A stretch of 64,000 nucleotides of DNA, taken from a bacterium (GTDB lineage: Bacteria > Patescibacteriota > UBA1384 > CAILIB01). The stretch lies in contig JBAXRQ010000001.1 in assembly GCA_037131105.1 (NCBI GenBank), positions 701,465-765,464 on the forward strand, written 5' to 3'. Positions 39,063 to 47,154 of this stretch are shown piece after piece; positions within the stretch are counted from its first letter, which is position 1; each line of letters starts with the position of its first letter. Below the pieces are notes generated by a model. The model searched no databases and was not told where the DNA came from. It saw only the letters and a program-made list of their open reading frames with translations. The translations under genes were made by a program, and so were the position numbers.

Positions 39063-40899
39063 CGAGGCCGAGCAGGGAAAGGATAATCACTGAAAGTGGT
39101 GAGCTTGAGTCTCCATCAGTACTGGCTCCGGCGACTTCACCCTTGGTAGGAACGGTTGCCAGAGTAAGCTGCTTACCAGTACTTGAGGTCAGGGTGACGC
39201 TCGGTGTGGCAGCGGCTGCAGCAACAGCTGGATTAACCTGGATAGGAGTAATCGCGAGATTGACCTTCTTGCCACTTGCCGTAGTGATCTTTAGCTCGGG
39301 AACCTGGCCCTGACTGATACTGGGCATCAGCTGCTCAGCGGTAGAAACGACTCCACCCTGATTCTGAGGCACTGCAGGATCGTTCTGCGAGCTACTACTA
39401 CCTGCAGGAGCACTGAAGATATTGATGATGCCAAGGCGGAATTTGCCCTGGATACCGCTCCAGGAGTTGAGGATGTTGATAAGGTTAGCCAGCACGTTCA
39501 CAGAGCCGGTCTTCAGGCCTCCTACCGTAGTGTTGCCTACCAGACTGTTGCCACCCGTGTTGGCATGTACGTTCAGGTGGTTATTGACGGTGGCCTGCTG
39601 GTTTACGGTCAGGTCCTCTTCATTAGTGTTGTTCACACTGTTCTGGTTGTTCGAGTTGCTGCCGGTCTGGGAGTTATCCAGGTGATTGATGACATAGCTG
39701 CCTTCAGGAATGCCTTGGATCTGGCCGTTCCAGTCGCCCATTACATTGACTATATAGAAGGTAGGATCGTCATCATTGGCAATGGTCACCTCGCTGCCGC
39801 CAACCTTGGTCTGGCCGGTAGTGACGTCACCCGACTCGGTGTTACCCGCGACGGTGTTAGAGCCGGTGGTGGCATTGACGTTCACGTCATTATTAGCCTG
39901 TGCGTTCTTGGTGATCTGAATGTTCTTGGTATTGCTGCTGGTCACTGAATTGGCGTTGTTGGAGTTGCTGCCGGTCTGGGAGTTGTCAGAAGGCACGCTA
40001 ATGATAGAGTCAATGTTTGAGGTCAGCAGGGACCAGACATCCACGCTTAGTTCAAGGTTCGGCATCATCAGATTCATGAGGTTGATGACGTTCACCGCGA
40101 GGTTGATATCGCCTGTCTTTAGATTCCCTGCCTTAGTGTTTTGCGCCAGGGTGTTGTCGCCGGTGTTGGCATTTACATCGACATTGTTGTTAGCGGTAGC
40201 CTGGTTATTGCTCACTACCTTCAGAAGGTTGTTAGTGACGAAGGCGTTCCCATTGTCAGAATTGCTACCGGTCTGGGAGTTGCTCTGGCCAGAAAGACTG
40301 GTGCGGGTAGCCGAAGGAGCCAGGTTAATATGGCCGCTGCCGCCAGCATTGAGGCTTTGCATGCCAACACTGCTACCGGGTGCCAGAATTGAGTTGCCCA
40401 CGTTAATCAGGTTGAATGATCCGTTTACGGCGCCGGTGGTGACATCGCCCAGCTCAGTGTTCTGGTTCAAGTCGTTGTTGCCAGTAGTGGCATCGGCCGC
40501 CACATTATTATTGAAAGTAGCCGAATTATTCTCGGTACCAGTCGACGTATTATTGGCCGTGGTGGAGTTCTGGTTGTTCGAGTTGCTGCCAGTCTGGGTA
40601 TTTGAAGCACCACCGCTAGTACCCGTGGCACTGGCTGCGGGAGAGGAGGTAGGATCAGGAGAAGGTGCGGCCTGGGGGGAAGGATCTGGCTGGGGGCCAA
40701 CAAGCCCTATCGGACCGACAACACCTTGGGGACCGACAGGAAGCTGAGGACCGACAGGCTCAACGGGCCCCACCACCGGGGACGGGCTTGGTGAGGGATC
40801 AGGGTCAGCAGCTAAAACTGGACCTGCCAAAGTAAAGGAAAGCAGTACAAAGACGGCCGATCTAATCTGGAGTTTTCGCAGCCAGGACAGATTACTCAT
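38998..40899 (-). CDS. Repetitive Asn/Thr/Gly-rich secreted surface protein, paralog 3: signal peptide, Pro-rich linker, four ~95-aa repeats, C-terminal hydrophobic anchor with a basic tail
   Basis: 633 aa. Signal peptide MSNLSWLRKLQIRSAVFVLLSFTLAGPVLA, then PDPSPSPSPVVGP. Four repeats each begin SQTGSNSNN and contain N-V-x-A-N-T-G-x-N-x-x-x-x-N-T-x-x-G-x-x-x-T-G. The C-terminus is LSVIILSLLGLGAVLWLGTEILNVIAKRRTIA. Confidence 0.6.
   Translation of the reverse strand: MSNLSWLRKLQIRSAVFVLLSFTLAGPVLAADPDPSPSPSPVVGPVEPVGPQLPVGPQGVVGPIGLVGPQPDPSPQAAPSPDPTSSPAASATGTSGGASNTQTGSNSNNQNSTTANNTSTGTENNSATFNNNVAADATTGNNDLNQNTELGDVTTGAVNGSFNLINVGNSILAPGSSVGMQSLNAGGSGHINLAPSATRTSLSGQSNSQTGSNSDNGNAFVTNNLLKVVSNNQATANNNVDVNANTGDNTLAQNTKAGNLKTGDINLAVNVINLMNLMMPNLELSVDVWSLLTSNIDSIISVPSDNSQTGSNSNNANSVTSSNTKNIQITKNAQANNDVNVNATTGSNTVAGNTESGDVTTGQTKVGGSEVTIANDDDPTFYIVNVMGDWNGQIQGIPEGSYVINHLDNSQTGSNSNNQNSVNNTNEEDLTVNQQATVNNHLNVHANTGGNSLVGNTTVGGLKTGSVNVLANLINILNSWSGIQGKFRLGIINIFSAPAGSSSSQNDPAVPQNQGGVVSTAEQLMPSISQGQVPELKITTASGKKVNLAITPIQVNPAVAAAAATPSVTLTSSTGKQLTLATVPTKGEVAGASTDGDSSSPLSVIILSLLGLGAVLWLGTEILNVIAKRRTIA
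39645..40600 (-). repeat. Near-identical intragenic DNA repeats at ~300-bp periodicity inside the repeat-protein gene
   Basis: Core GAGTTGCTGCCGGTCTGGGAGTT and flanks recur at 39645-39675, 39956-39985, 40256-40285 and 40572-40600. On the coding strand each encodes the NSQTGSNSN repeat start. Confidence 0.7.
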
Positions 40900-41681
40900 A
40901 GCCGCCCTCCGAAGGGTAGAAGCGCCCAGTTGAGCTTACGGGCGGCGGCAGCCAATGGGCCACTGGCAAATACTACGGCGACTACTGCTACCAGAAGTGG
41001 AAGTGCCTCGCTACCGAGAACATTGGCACCTGAGGGGAAATAGCCGGGTGCACTGGCCAATACGACGCTTCCCGCAGGAATACCCTCGCCTCCCCTTCCG
41101 AAGGGAATGACACCGATAGGCACCGGGCTTTCAGGAGTAGGTAAGGGTGTAGGTACCGGCGTAGCGGGAGGTGTGCCCGGGCCATTTACCACAGTAGTCG
41201 CACCAGCGATAATAGTAACCGAGCCCGTATGCAGAGAGCCGACGGTGGTATTGTTGTTCAGATTGTTTCCACCCGTGGTCACGGAAGCCAGGTAGGCGTT
41301 GGTGACGTGGGAGCTATTATTGACGGTCAGAGCGGTATTATGCGCAAAGCTTGCCGTACTGGTGTTGGTACTGCCGCTGCCAGTATTGCTGTTGCTGGAA
41401 AGATAGTTCAGTGTGCCTCCGTTTGAGGCGGCCGCGTAGGTACCAGTGTTAGCCTGAGTGTCGGCATGCATATGTATCAAGGTGTCGCCGGTAGTGACAT
41501 CTCCGGCCGTAGTATTGCCTGCTACGTTGTTGTGGCCAGTGTCTACCGTAAAGTTGAAACTGTTAGTGACGTTCGAGCTGTTAGTGACTGAGGTCGAGCT
41601 GTTAGAAGCCACGGAAGTAGTACTCTGGTTTGTCGAACCGGATCCGGTGTTAGAGTTGTTGGAAGTGATCTGACTGTCCAT
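40896..41681 (-). CDS. Repetitive Asn/Thr/Gly-rich surface protein, paralog 2: no obvious signal peptide, C-terminal hydrophobic anchor
   Basis: 261 aa with the same repeat signature (NTGSGSTN...NNNTTVGSLHTGSVTI). The C-terminus is ALPLLVAVVAVVFASGPLAAAARKLNW. There is an ATGA overlap with paralog 3. Confidence 0.5.
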   Translation of the reverse strand: MDSQITSNNSNTGSGSTNQSTTSVASNSSTSVTNSSNVTNSFNFTVDTGHNNVAGNTTAGDVTTGDTLIHMHADTQANTGTYAAASNGGTLNYLSSNSNTGSGSTNTSTASFAHNTALTVNNSSHVTNAYLASVTTGGNNLNNNTTVGSLHTGSVTIIAGATTVVNGPGTPPATPVPTPLPTPESPVPIGVIPFGRGGEGIPAGSVVLASAPGYFPSGANVLGSEALPLLVAVVAVVFASGPLAAAARKLNWALLPFGGRL

Positions 41682-41715
41682 AGTAGCTCCGTGGTTAAGG
41701 GTACGTTACCGGTGG

Positions 41716-41738
41716 GGCCCGGGGAATATCCCCGGGCC
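41716..41738. other. Perfect GC-rich inverted repeat between paralogous repeat-protein genes
   Basis: GGCCCGGGGaatatCCCCGGGCC: a 9-bp perfect stem with no U-tract on either side, so it is not a canonical terminator. Confidence 0.35.
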
Positions 41739-41765
41739 GACACCCGCATCCTACCTATTCGCTAA

Positions 41766-42629
41766 TTAGTTAGCGACGTTGATAGCGGTGAAGGTCAGGT
41801 TGGCGTCACCAGTTGTGACGTTTCCTGCTGTGGTGTTCTGGTTCACGTTGTTGTTACCAGAGTCTGAGGTAACGCTGAAGCCGTTGCTGATGTTAGCAGT
41901 GTTGTTCACTGTCGTAACATCAGTGCTGACGCTGGTCAGCGAGTTACTGTTGGTGGAGTTCGACCCAGTGTGGTCGTTTCCGCCGCTCACGTTTACCATG
42001 CTAGTACCGCCGCCGCCAAGGATAGCTGAAGCTCCGCTGTTGGCAGTGGTGCTGTAGGCAATGTTGGCATTGGTTCCGCCGGTGCTCACCGATCCCAGAG
42101 TAGTATTCTGGTTGGCGGTGTTGTTACCGGTGTTCACTGCGATGTTTGCAGCGTTAGCTACTGCAGCGCTGTTGGTCAGGGTCGTAACAGAGGTCCGGGT
42201 AATTGTAGCAGTATTGGTGTTGCTAGAATTGGATCCGGTAACGCTGTTGCTGCCGCTTACCATGTCAGTGCTGTTGAACGAAGGCATGATGACGCCTGCA
42301 CCAACATTTAAAGCGTTACTGAAGAGGCCGCCAACGTTAGCTGTACCGGTGTGCAAGCCGCCGACAGTGGTGTTGTTGTTGGTAGCGTTTCCACCGCTGG
42401 TGAAGGCTGCAGCTGCAGCGTTGTTAAGAGCGGCAGCGTTGGTCCAGGCCTGTGTCGCAAGACTGGCTAGAGTCTGGGAGCTGGTGTTTACCGAGTTCGA
42501 GCCGGTCGTGGAGTTGGTATTGGTGATAGTAGCCGATGATGCATGGACCATACCGGCGCTTCCAGCTAGGAGAGCTGTACCGATACCAGCAACCCGCATC
42601 AGGTTACGTACGTGTTCGAGCTTTGTCAT
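41766..42629 (-). CDS. Repetitive Asn/Thr/Gly-rich secreted protein, paralog 1: signal peptide, no C-terminal anchor
   Basis: 287 aa with signal peptide MRVAGIGTALLAGSAGMVHA and the repeats VNTGNNTANQNTTLGSVSTGG and NNNVNQNTTAGNVTTGDANL. This is the first gene of the apparent operon. Confidence 0.6.
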   Translation of the reverse strand: MTKLEHVRNLMRVAGIGTALLAGSAGMVHASSATITNTNSTTGSNSVNTSSQTLASLATQAWTNAAALNNAAAAAFTSGGNATNNNTTVGGLHTGTANVGGLFSNALNVGAGVIMPSFNSTDMVSGSNSVTGSNSSNTNTATITRTSVTTLTNSAAVANAANIAVNTGNNTANQNTTLGSVSTGGTNANIAYSTTANSGASAILGGGGTSMVNVSGGNDHTGSNSTNSNSLTSVSTDVTTVNNTANISNGFSVTSDSGNNNVNQNTTAGNVTTGDANLTFTAINVAN

Positions 42630-42770
42630 AGAACTCCTTTACTTAGTTTGATAGGCTTATAAGTAATGATGCACGGGAGGTAATCGACCGACTCACTCCT
42701 ATGTGCCACTTCATAGTATAGTCGATCTTTTGGCTCGACAGTATGCTCAGCTACATAAAAAGTGTGAGCC

Positions 42771-43097
42771 ATGTCACAGTTCAGCTCTAGTAGCTATGAT
42801 TCATTTCAAAAACTCATCCTTCGCATACCAGCGGGTAGGGTAATGAGCTATGGACAAGTGGCCAAAATGGCGGGTCTTCCACGCGGTGCACGGATGGTTG
42901 GTTGGTCACTGCGGACTCTCCCACCAAACACCAACATACCGTGGCACCGAGTGGTAAACCGACTCGGGAGACTAAGCATTGTTCATCCCTATCTTGGCGC
43001 TGAACAGCAGGCGGCCCTACTAAGGAAGGAAGGCGTGGAAGTCGCCGAAGTAGACGGCTGCCTCACCCTCATTAATCCCCCCTGGCATACGTTTTGA
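42771..43097 (+). CDS. Alkyltransferase-like protein (ATL): O6-alkylguanine-DNA alkyltransferase fold lacking the catalytic Cys
   Basis: 108 aa with an MGMT-family DNA-binding domain. The active-site PCHRV is replaced by PWHRVV (Trp for Cys), which defines ATL proteins such as YbaZ or Atl1. Confidence 0.7.
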   Translation: MSQFSSSSYDSFQKLILRIPAGRVMSYGQVAKMAGLPRGARMVGWSLRTLPPNTNIPWHRVVNRLGRLSIVHPYLGAEQQAALLRKEGVEVAEVDGCLTLINPPWHTF

Positions 43098-43220
43098 GAA
43101 GTAGTATGAACATGTATTGTACGGCTGGGTCAGCCATGATATAACCGTAGGCATAGCACACTGACGTTTGGACCGAAACGTAGGTGTGTGATTTTGTTTT
43201 TTTGACAGGAGCAGAGAACC

Positions 43221-43382
43221 ATGTCTTTGGTAAATGGCGAATCGACCAAGCGCCGCACCGAACGGATCAAAGGCCAAGCAGTCACCTGCTGTCGCAATGG
43301 CACCAGTACCTATACCGGAAGCTCAAAAGCACCACTCACCCCATTGACCGGTAGCGCCCACAACCTTCCCCGTATTCGTTGA
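43221..43382 (+). CDS. Candidate 53-aa small protein
   Basis: MSLVNGESTKRRTERIKGQAVTCCRNGTSTYTGSSKAPLTPLTGSAHNLPRIR. Preceded by AGGAG 9 nt before the ATG, a candidate promoter TTGTAC-17-TATAAC at 43117-43145, a perfect 11-bp hairpin at 43410-43440, and a terminator at 43483-43507. It falls below the 60 aa ORF-track cutoff. Confidence 0.3.
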   Translation: MSLVNGESTKRRTERIKGQAVTCCRNGTSTYTGSSKAPLTPLTGSAHNLPRIR

Positions 43383-43482
43383 GCACTCCGACACACCATC
43401 TGCCGTACCGTGGCCTCCCCGATTGGTTCGGGGAGGCCACACCCCCTTTATACGGCATGGCGCTCCTCAAGTTCTGCAAACA

Positions 43483-43507
43483 CCTCCTCCCGGAGGCTTT
43501 TTTTTTG
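43483..43507 (+). terminator. Rho-independent terminator-like hairpin followed by T9
   Basis: CCTCCtcccGGAGGCTTTTTTTTTG. Confidence 0.4.
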
Positions 43508-43737
43508 ACCAGCTGATCCTCCCATATTTGCAATACCCGCCAGCCAACCTCTTGTACGTTTATTCAATTACACACATCCCGCCGTATGATCTACTCTATT
43601 TCTCTGGTAAAGAAATCTTCCACTCGTCTCTCAAATTATAATAAGCGTATGTCAGTTCATACACACGAAACCGGCACCCTCTGGGCAAGAAGGCATCCCC
43701 TGGATTATACTAGTATATATATTAGCTAGCTCTTTCT

Positions 43738-44928
43738 ATGCCTGACTCGAAGCCTTCCTCAGTCCTCATCATCGGTGGTGGCTTCGCCGGCCTGCGCACC
43801 GCCCTTGATCTGACCCGCCGCGCACGCCCAAACCTACATATTACCCTTGTCAGCGACCGACCAGATTTCCAATACCCACCTACCCTTTACCGAGTAGTGA
43901 CCGGTCGTGACAAGCGCTCCAGCTCTGTCCCCTTGAAAGAACTCCTTAAAGGAAGGGACATTAAGATCGTCACCGACACCATCACTGCCGTTGACCCGGC
44001 CGCCCACACCGCCACCGGGAAGTCCGGTGGCAGCTATTCCTTTGATTATCTGGTTCTTGCCATCGGTAGCCAGCCTTCCTACTTCCATATAGAAGGCCTG
44101 CAGGAACTTTCCTATGGCTTCAAGACACTCGATGAGGCATTGCGTCTGCGCAAACACCTTGACGAGGTACTAACCCTAAAGCCAGGAGAGGAAAAGGACG
44201 AGCAAGTGGTCTCGGCCAACTTCATGATAGTCGGCGGCGGCCCCTGCGGTGTCGAGCTAGCTGGAGAGCTTGGTCACTATGCCCGTTCTCTCGCTAAAAA
44301 GCATAAGTTTGACCCCTCTCTCATCACCATCGACCTCATCGAGGCGGCTCCGCGAGTACTACCACCTATGACCCCTGCGGTGTCGGCCAAAGTGGAGGCC
44401 CATCTGCGCGACCTAGGCGTCAATGTCTTCATTAACAAGACAGTAGTTAAAGAAGAGGTAGAACAGCTCCTCCTTAAAGACATGTCAGTAAAGACCAAAA
44501 CCGTGGTCTGGACCGCCGGAGTCAAGCCCCATGCCCTTTATAGCCAGATCGCCGGACTAGAGCTGGATAAGCGAGGTAAAGTTGTGGTAGATGAGCTACT
44601 CCAGGCCAAGGGCTTCCCCGGAATCTTTATCCTCGGTGACGCCGCCTCCACTCAGTACGCCGGACTTGCCCAGACCGCCCTGCACGATGGCAACCATGCC
44701 GCCCAGGCCATACTCGCTCACGCTTCTGGATCAACACCCCTACCCTACGCTCCCGCCAAGCCGGCCAGCGCCATTCCGGTCGGTGACGGCTGGGCAGTTA
44801 CCGTATATATGGGCATGACCTTCTACGGCCGCATGGGCTGGTGGCTGCGCCGGGCCGCCGACCTACGCTTTTTCTTTACTATCATGTCTCCCGCTCTCGC
44901 CATATCGACATTCAGACGCGACCGTTAA
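43738..44928 (+). CDS. ndh: Type II NADH dehydrogenase (NDH-2) / FAD-dependent pyridine nucleotide-disulfide oxidoreductase
   Basis: 396 aa with two Rossmann GxGxxG motifs (VLIIGGGFAGLRTA and MIVGGGPCGVELAGEL) and an overall NDH-2 layout. Confidence 0.65.
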   Translation: MPDSKPSSVLIIGGGFAGLRTALDLTRRARPNLHITLVSDRPDFQYPPTLYRVVTGRDKRSSSVPLKELLKGRDIKIVTDTITAVDPAAHTATGKSGGSYSFDYLVLAIGSQPSYFHIEGLQELSYGFKTLDEALRLRKHLDEVLTLKPGEEKDEQVVSANFMIVGGGPCGVELAGELGHYARSLAKKHKFDPSLITIDLIEAAPRVLPPMTPAVSAKVEAHLRDLGVNVFINKTVVKEEVEQLLLKDMSVKTKTVVWTAGVKPHALYSQIAGLELDKRGKVVVDELLQAKGFPGIFILGDAASTQYAGLAQTALHDGNHAAQAILAHASGSTPLPYAPAKPASAIPVGDGWAVTVYMGMTFYGRMGWWLRRAADLRFFFTIMSPALAISTFRRDR

Positions 44929-44999
44929 CACCTGAAACGTACTTGACAAGACCCGTCTCTCTTCCGGATACTTAAACTACCTACATCTTAAGCTCTAGC

Positions 45000-46493
45000 A
45001 TGCCGACGCCATCCATCAGCCTCACCACCGGGGTCAAGCAAGGCGCTGCCGCTCTTGTCGCACTTGCCATGGTTGGCACTGCCGGCACCCTTGCCTACCT
45101 ACAGAACCGTTCCGGCGCTTCAGTAATCTCAGGCGAGAGCCACTACTATAGCCAGGATGCCGCAGTCATGCAGGGGTATTTCACTAACGCCGAACCTGGT
45201 TATAACGCCAGCGTCAGCCTGAGCTTCCAGTCTGGTGACCGGGTACTTCCCGACAAGACAACTGGGACACTGGCAACTATCGACATTTCTAAGGCCGACT
45301 CAGCCTACTGGAGCCAAGCCGCCCCTATCGAAATTACTCATTACCTAGGCCGCAAGACCACCGCTATCGCCACAAACTCAACTACCACGGTGGCGCCGAT
45401 TCCTACCGATGTAAAGAAGTATATCGAAGTCCTTACCATCAACAGCCTCAGACTAGCTCCCCGGCCTGCCACGATGGCGGTGACTGCAGCCTCGCTCGTC
45501 CTCTACCAACAGGCTGGCACCAACGGTGGCGTCAAGTCCGGCAAACTTTTCCAGGACCTCACCAATCTTCTGGAGCCTGCCTTTAGCGCCTACTCCTATA
45601 GCGGAAATGCCGGCGTCACACCCGCACCGACCGACCCTAACCCGGCCTACGCCACTCCAGTCGAGCCTCTGGTAAGCGATACAACACCAGCAGCGTCTGC
45701 AGCCCTTACGGACACTAAGAACAAGCTGGTCAACGATGTCCGAAGCTATCTCGTCACCACCGACTCACTAAATTCTTACGCCCAGGGCAACGCTCTCACC
45801 ATTCCTGCTAACTACCTTCTGACCACTACCGACCTCAATCTGCTAGAAGGGTTTATCATGGAGAAATACTCACTGCTACCCAACTACAACCGTATACAGA
45901 CGGTCATCGCCCGTTTCATGACCAATCCTTCGGATCCCTCCTTCCCGAACCGGGCCATTATTACCGAGGCCTCCAATGACCTACTGGTAGCCTATACCTA
46001 TACACCCGTCATTGATCCTACTGCTAATCCTCCTACCCTTAACTCTTACCTCCCTGCAAACCTACTGATCGCCAAGCCTGCTCTTTCAGGGAGCTACACC
46101 GTATTCAAAAGCAACGGTACCCAGGTTTATTCCCTGAAAGGCTTCTCGTTGCCTGACCTTGATCCTACCACCGTCAGTTCGACCGATAGCTTCACCCTGC
46201 GAGCCAACGCCAACTTCTACGACTACCGGACCGACTCGCGAAACCCGACCATTACGCCAGCCAAAGTCACCCTATCATTTAACCACGATGCCACCAGAAA
46301 CATCGAGCTGACCAACGTAAGCATTATCAAGGTCAACTCCAACGATACGGACAGAGTACTGGTGTCGAAGCAGTATGCCGCCTTCGCCGACCTGGACAAG
46401 TCCTCAGCCTTTAAGGTGGCTACCGTCTCAGGACGCCGGCTGTTCACCTACTCGACAGCAACCCCCACGCCAAGCGCCAGCCCGACTCCTTAG
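45000..46493 (+). CDS. Hypothetical secreted or anchored Thr/Pro/Ala-rich protein
   Basis: 497 aa. The N-terminal hydrophobic anchor is AAALVALAMVGTAGTLAYL; the tail is low-complexity, ATPTPSASPTP. Confidence 0.4.
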   Translation: MPTPSISLTTGVKQGAAALVALAMVGTAGTLAYLQNRSGASVISGESHYYSQDAAVMQGYFTNAEPGYNASVSLSFQSGDRVLPDKTTGTLATIDISKADSAYWSQAAPIEITHYLGRKTTAIATNSTTTVAPIPTDVKKYIEVLTINSLRLAPRPATMAVTAASLVLYQQAGTNGGVKSGKLFQDLTNLLEPAFSAYSYSGNAGVTPAPTDPNPAYATPVEPLVSDTTPAASAALTDTKNKLVNDVRSYLVTTDSLNSYAQGNALTIPANYLLTTTDLNLLEGFIMEKYSLLPNYNRIQTVIARFMTNPSDPSFPNRAIITEASNDLLVAYTYTPVIDPTANPPTLNSYLPANLLIAKPALSGSYTVFKSNGTQVYSLKGFSLPDLDPTTVSSTDSFTLRANANFYDYRTDSRNPTITPAKVTLSFNHDATRNIELTNVSIIKVNSNDTDRVLVSKQYAAFADLDKSSAFKVATVSGRRLFTYSTATPTPSASPTP

Positions 46494-46524
46494 CTCCAGA
46501 AGTAGTACTAGCTACATTCAATGG

Positions 46525-46555
46525 GAAAGCCGCCGGCACTATGCCGGCGGCTTTC
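46525..46555. terminator. Bidirectional rho-independent terminator
   Basis: GAAAGCCGCCGGCactaTGCCGGCGGCTTTC: a 13-bp perfect stem lying between convergent genes. Confidence 0.6.
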
Positions 46556-46588
46556 TACGATCATTATCAGCTTCCTATGTGCTGCCAG

Positions 46589-47089
46589 TTATTGTTGCTG
46601 CCTACCGATCTTCTCATTGAAATCCCTGAAGCGCTCCTGTATGTCCTCAGGGATGACCTGAACGTTATCGTCTATAAGATCTGCCGCATCCTGTAGAAGC
46701 TCTCCGACGAAGTCGCCGGGATCTGCATGGTAAAGGCGAAATGAAATCCGTGCGATCGTTGCCCCGAGCTGACCGAGGACCAGCGATACCCCTTGCACAA
46801 CCACCCTTTCTTCGCCGTCTTCCCCCGCTTCATGCTTCGTCTGAGGAGTATTCTCCTCTCCGGCCGCCATAGCGGCAATAGCGTAGCCCTTACTGTTCTC
46901 AGGTGAGAACTCGGCCTCGCGAAGCGCGACCATTTCAGGAGTCTCCACTACATACAAATCCGCAGCAAGCCGGAGACCTATTTCCGCCAATTCCTTGGGA
47001 GTCTCCACTACGGGAGCAGCCTCTGCGGCTGGCGCCGTCTGCTCAGTCTTATTACCACCTGTTCCAACCGGCAAATCTTCTATGGACAT
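46589..47089 (-). CDS. Hypothetical acidic protein
   Basis: 166 aa ORF, Glu/Ala-rich, with no transmembrane helix. Confidence 0.35.
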   Translation of the reverse strand: MSIEDLPVGTGGNKTEQTAPAAEAAPVVETPKELAEIGLRLAADLYVVETPEMVALREAEFSPENSKGYAIAAMAAGEENTPQTKHEAGEDGEERVVVQGVSLVLGQLGATIARISFRLYHADPGDFVGELLQDAADLIDDNVQVIPEDIQERFRDFNEKIGRQQQ

Positions 47090-47154
47090 AATTACACCTC
47101 TCTATTAGGGCTTTGCCCTAGTATCTCTCACGATCCGATACTATACCAGAGCCC

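Noticed and set aside
39017-42651. Multiple plus-strand ORFs (98-275 aa) across the repeat-protein genes
   Set aside because: They are antisense translations of the low-complexity, codon-biased repeat genes (Leu/Pro/Val-rich), and the minus-strand frames have signal peptides and coherent repeats.
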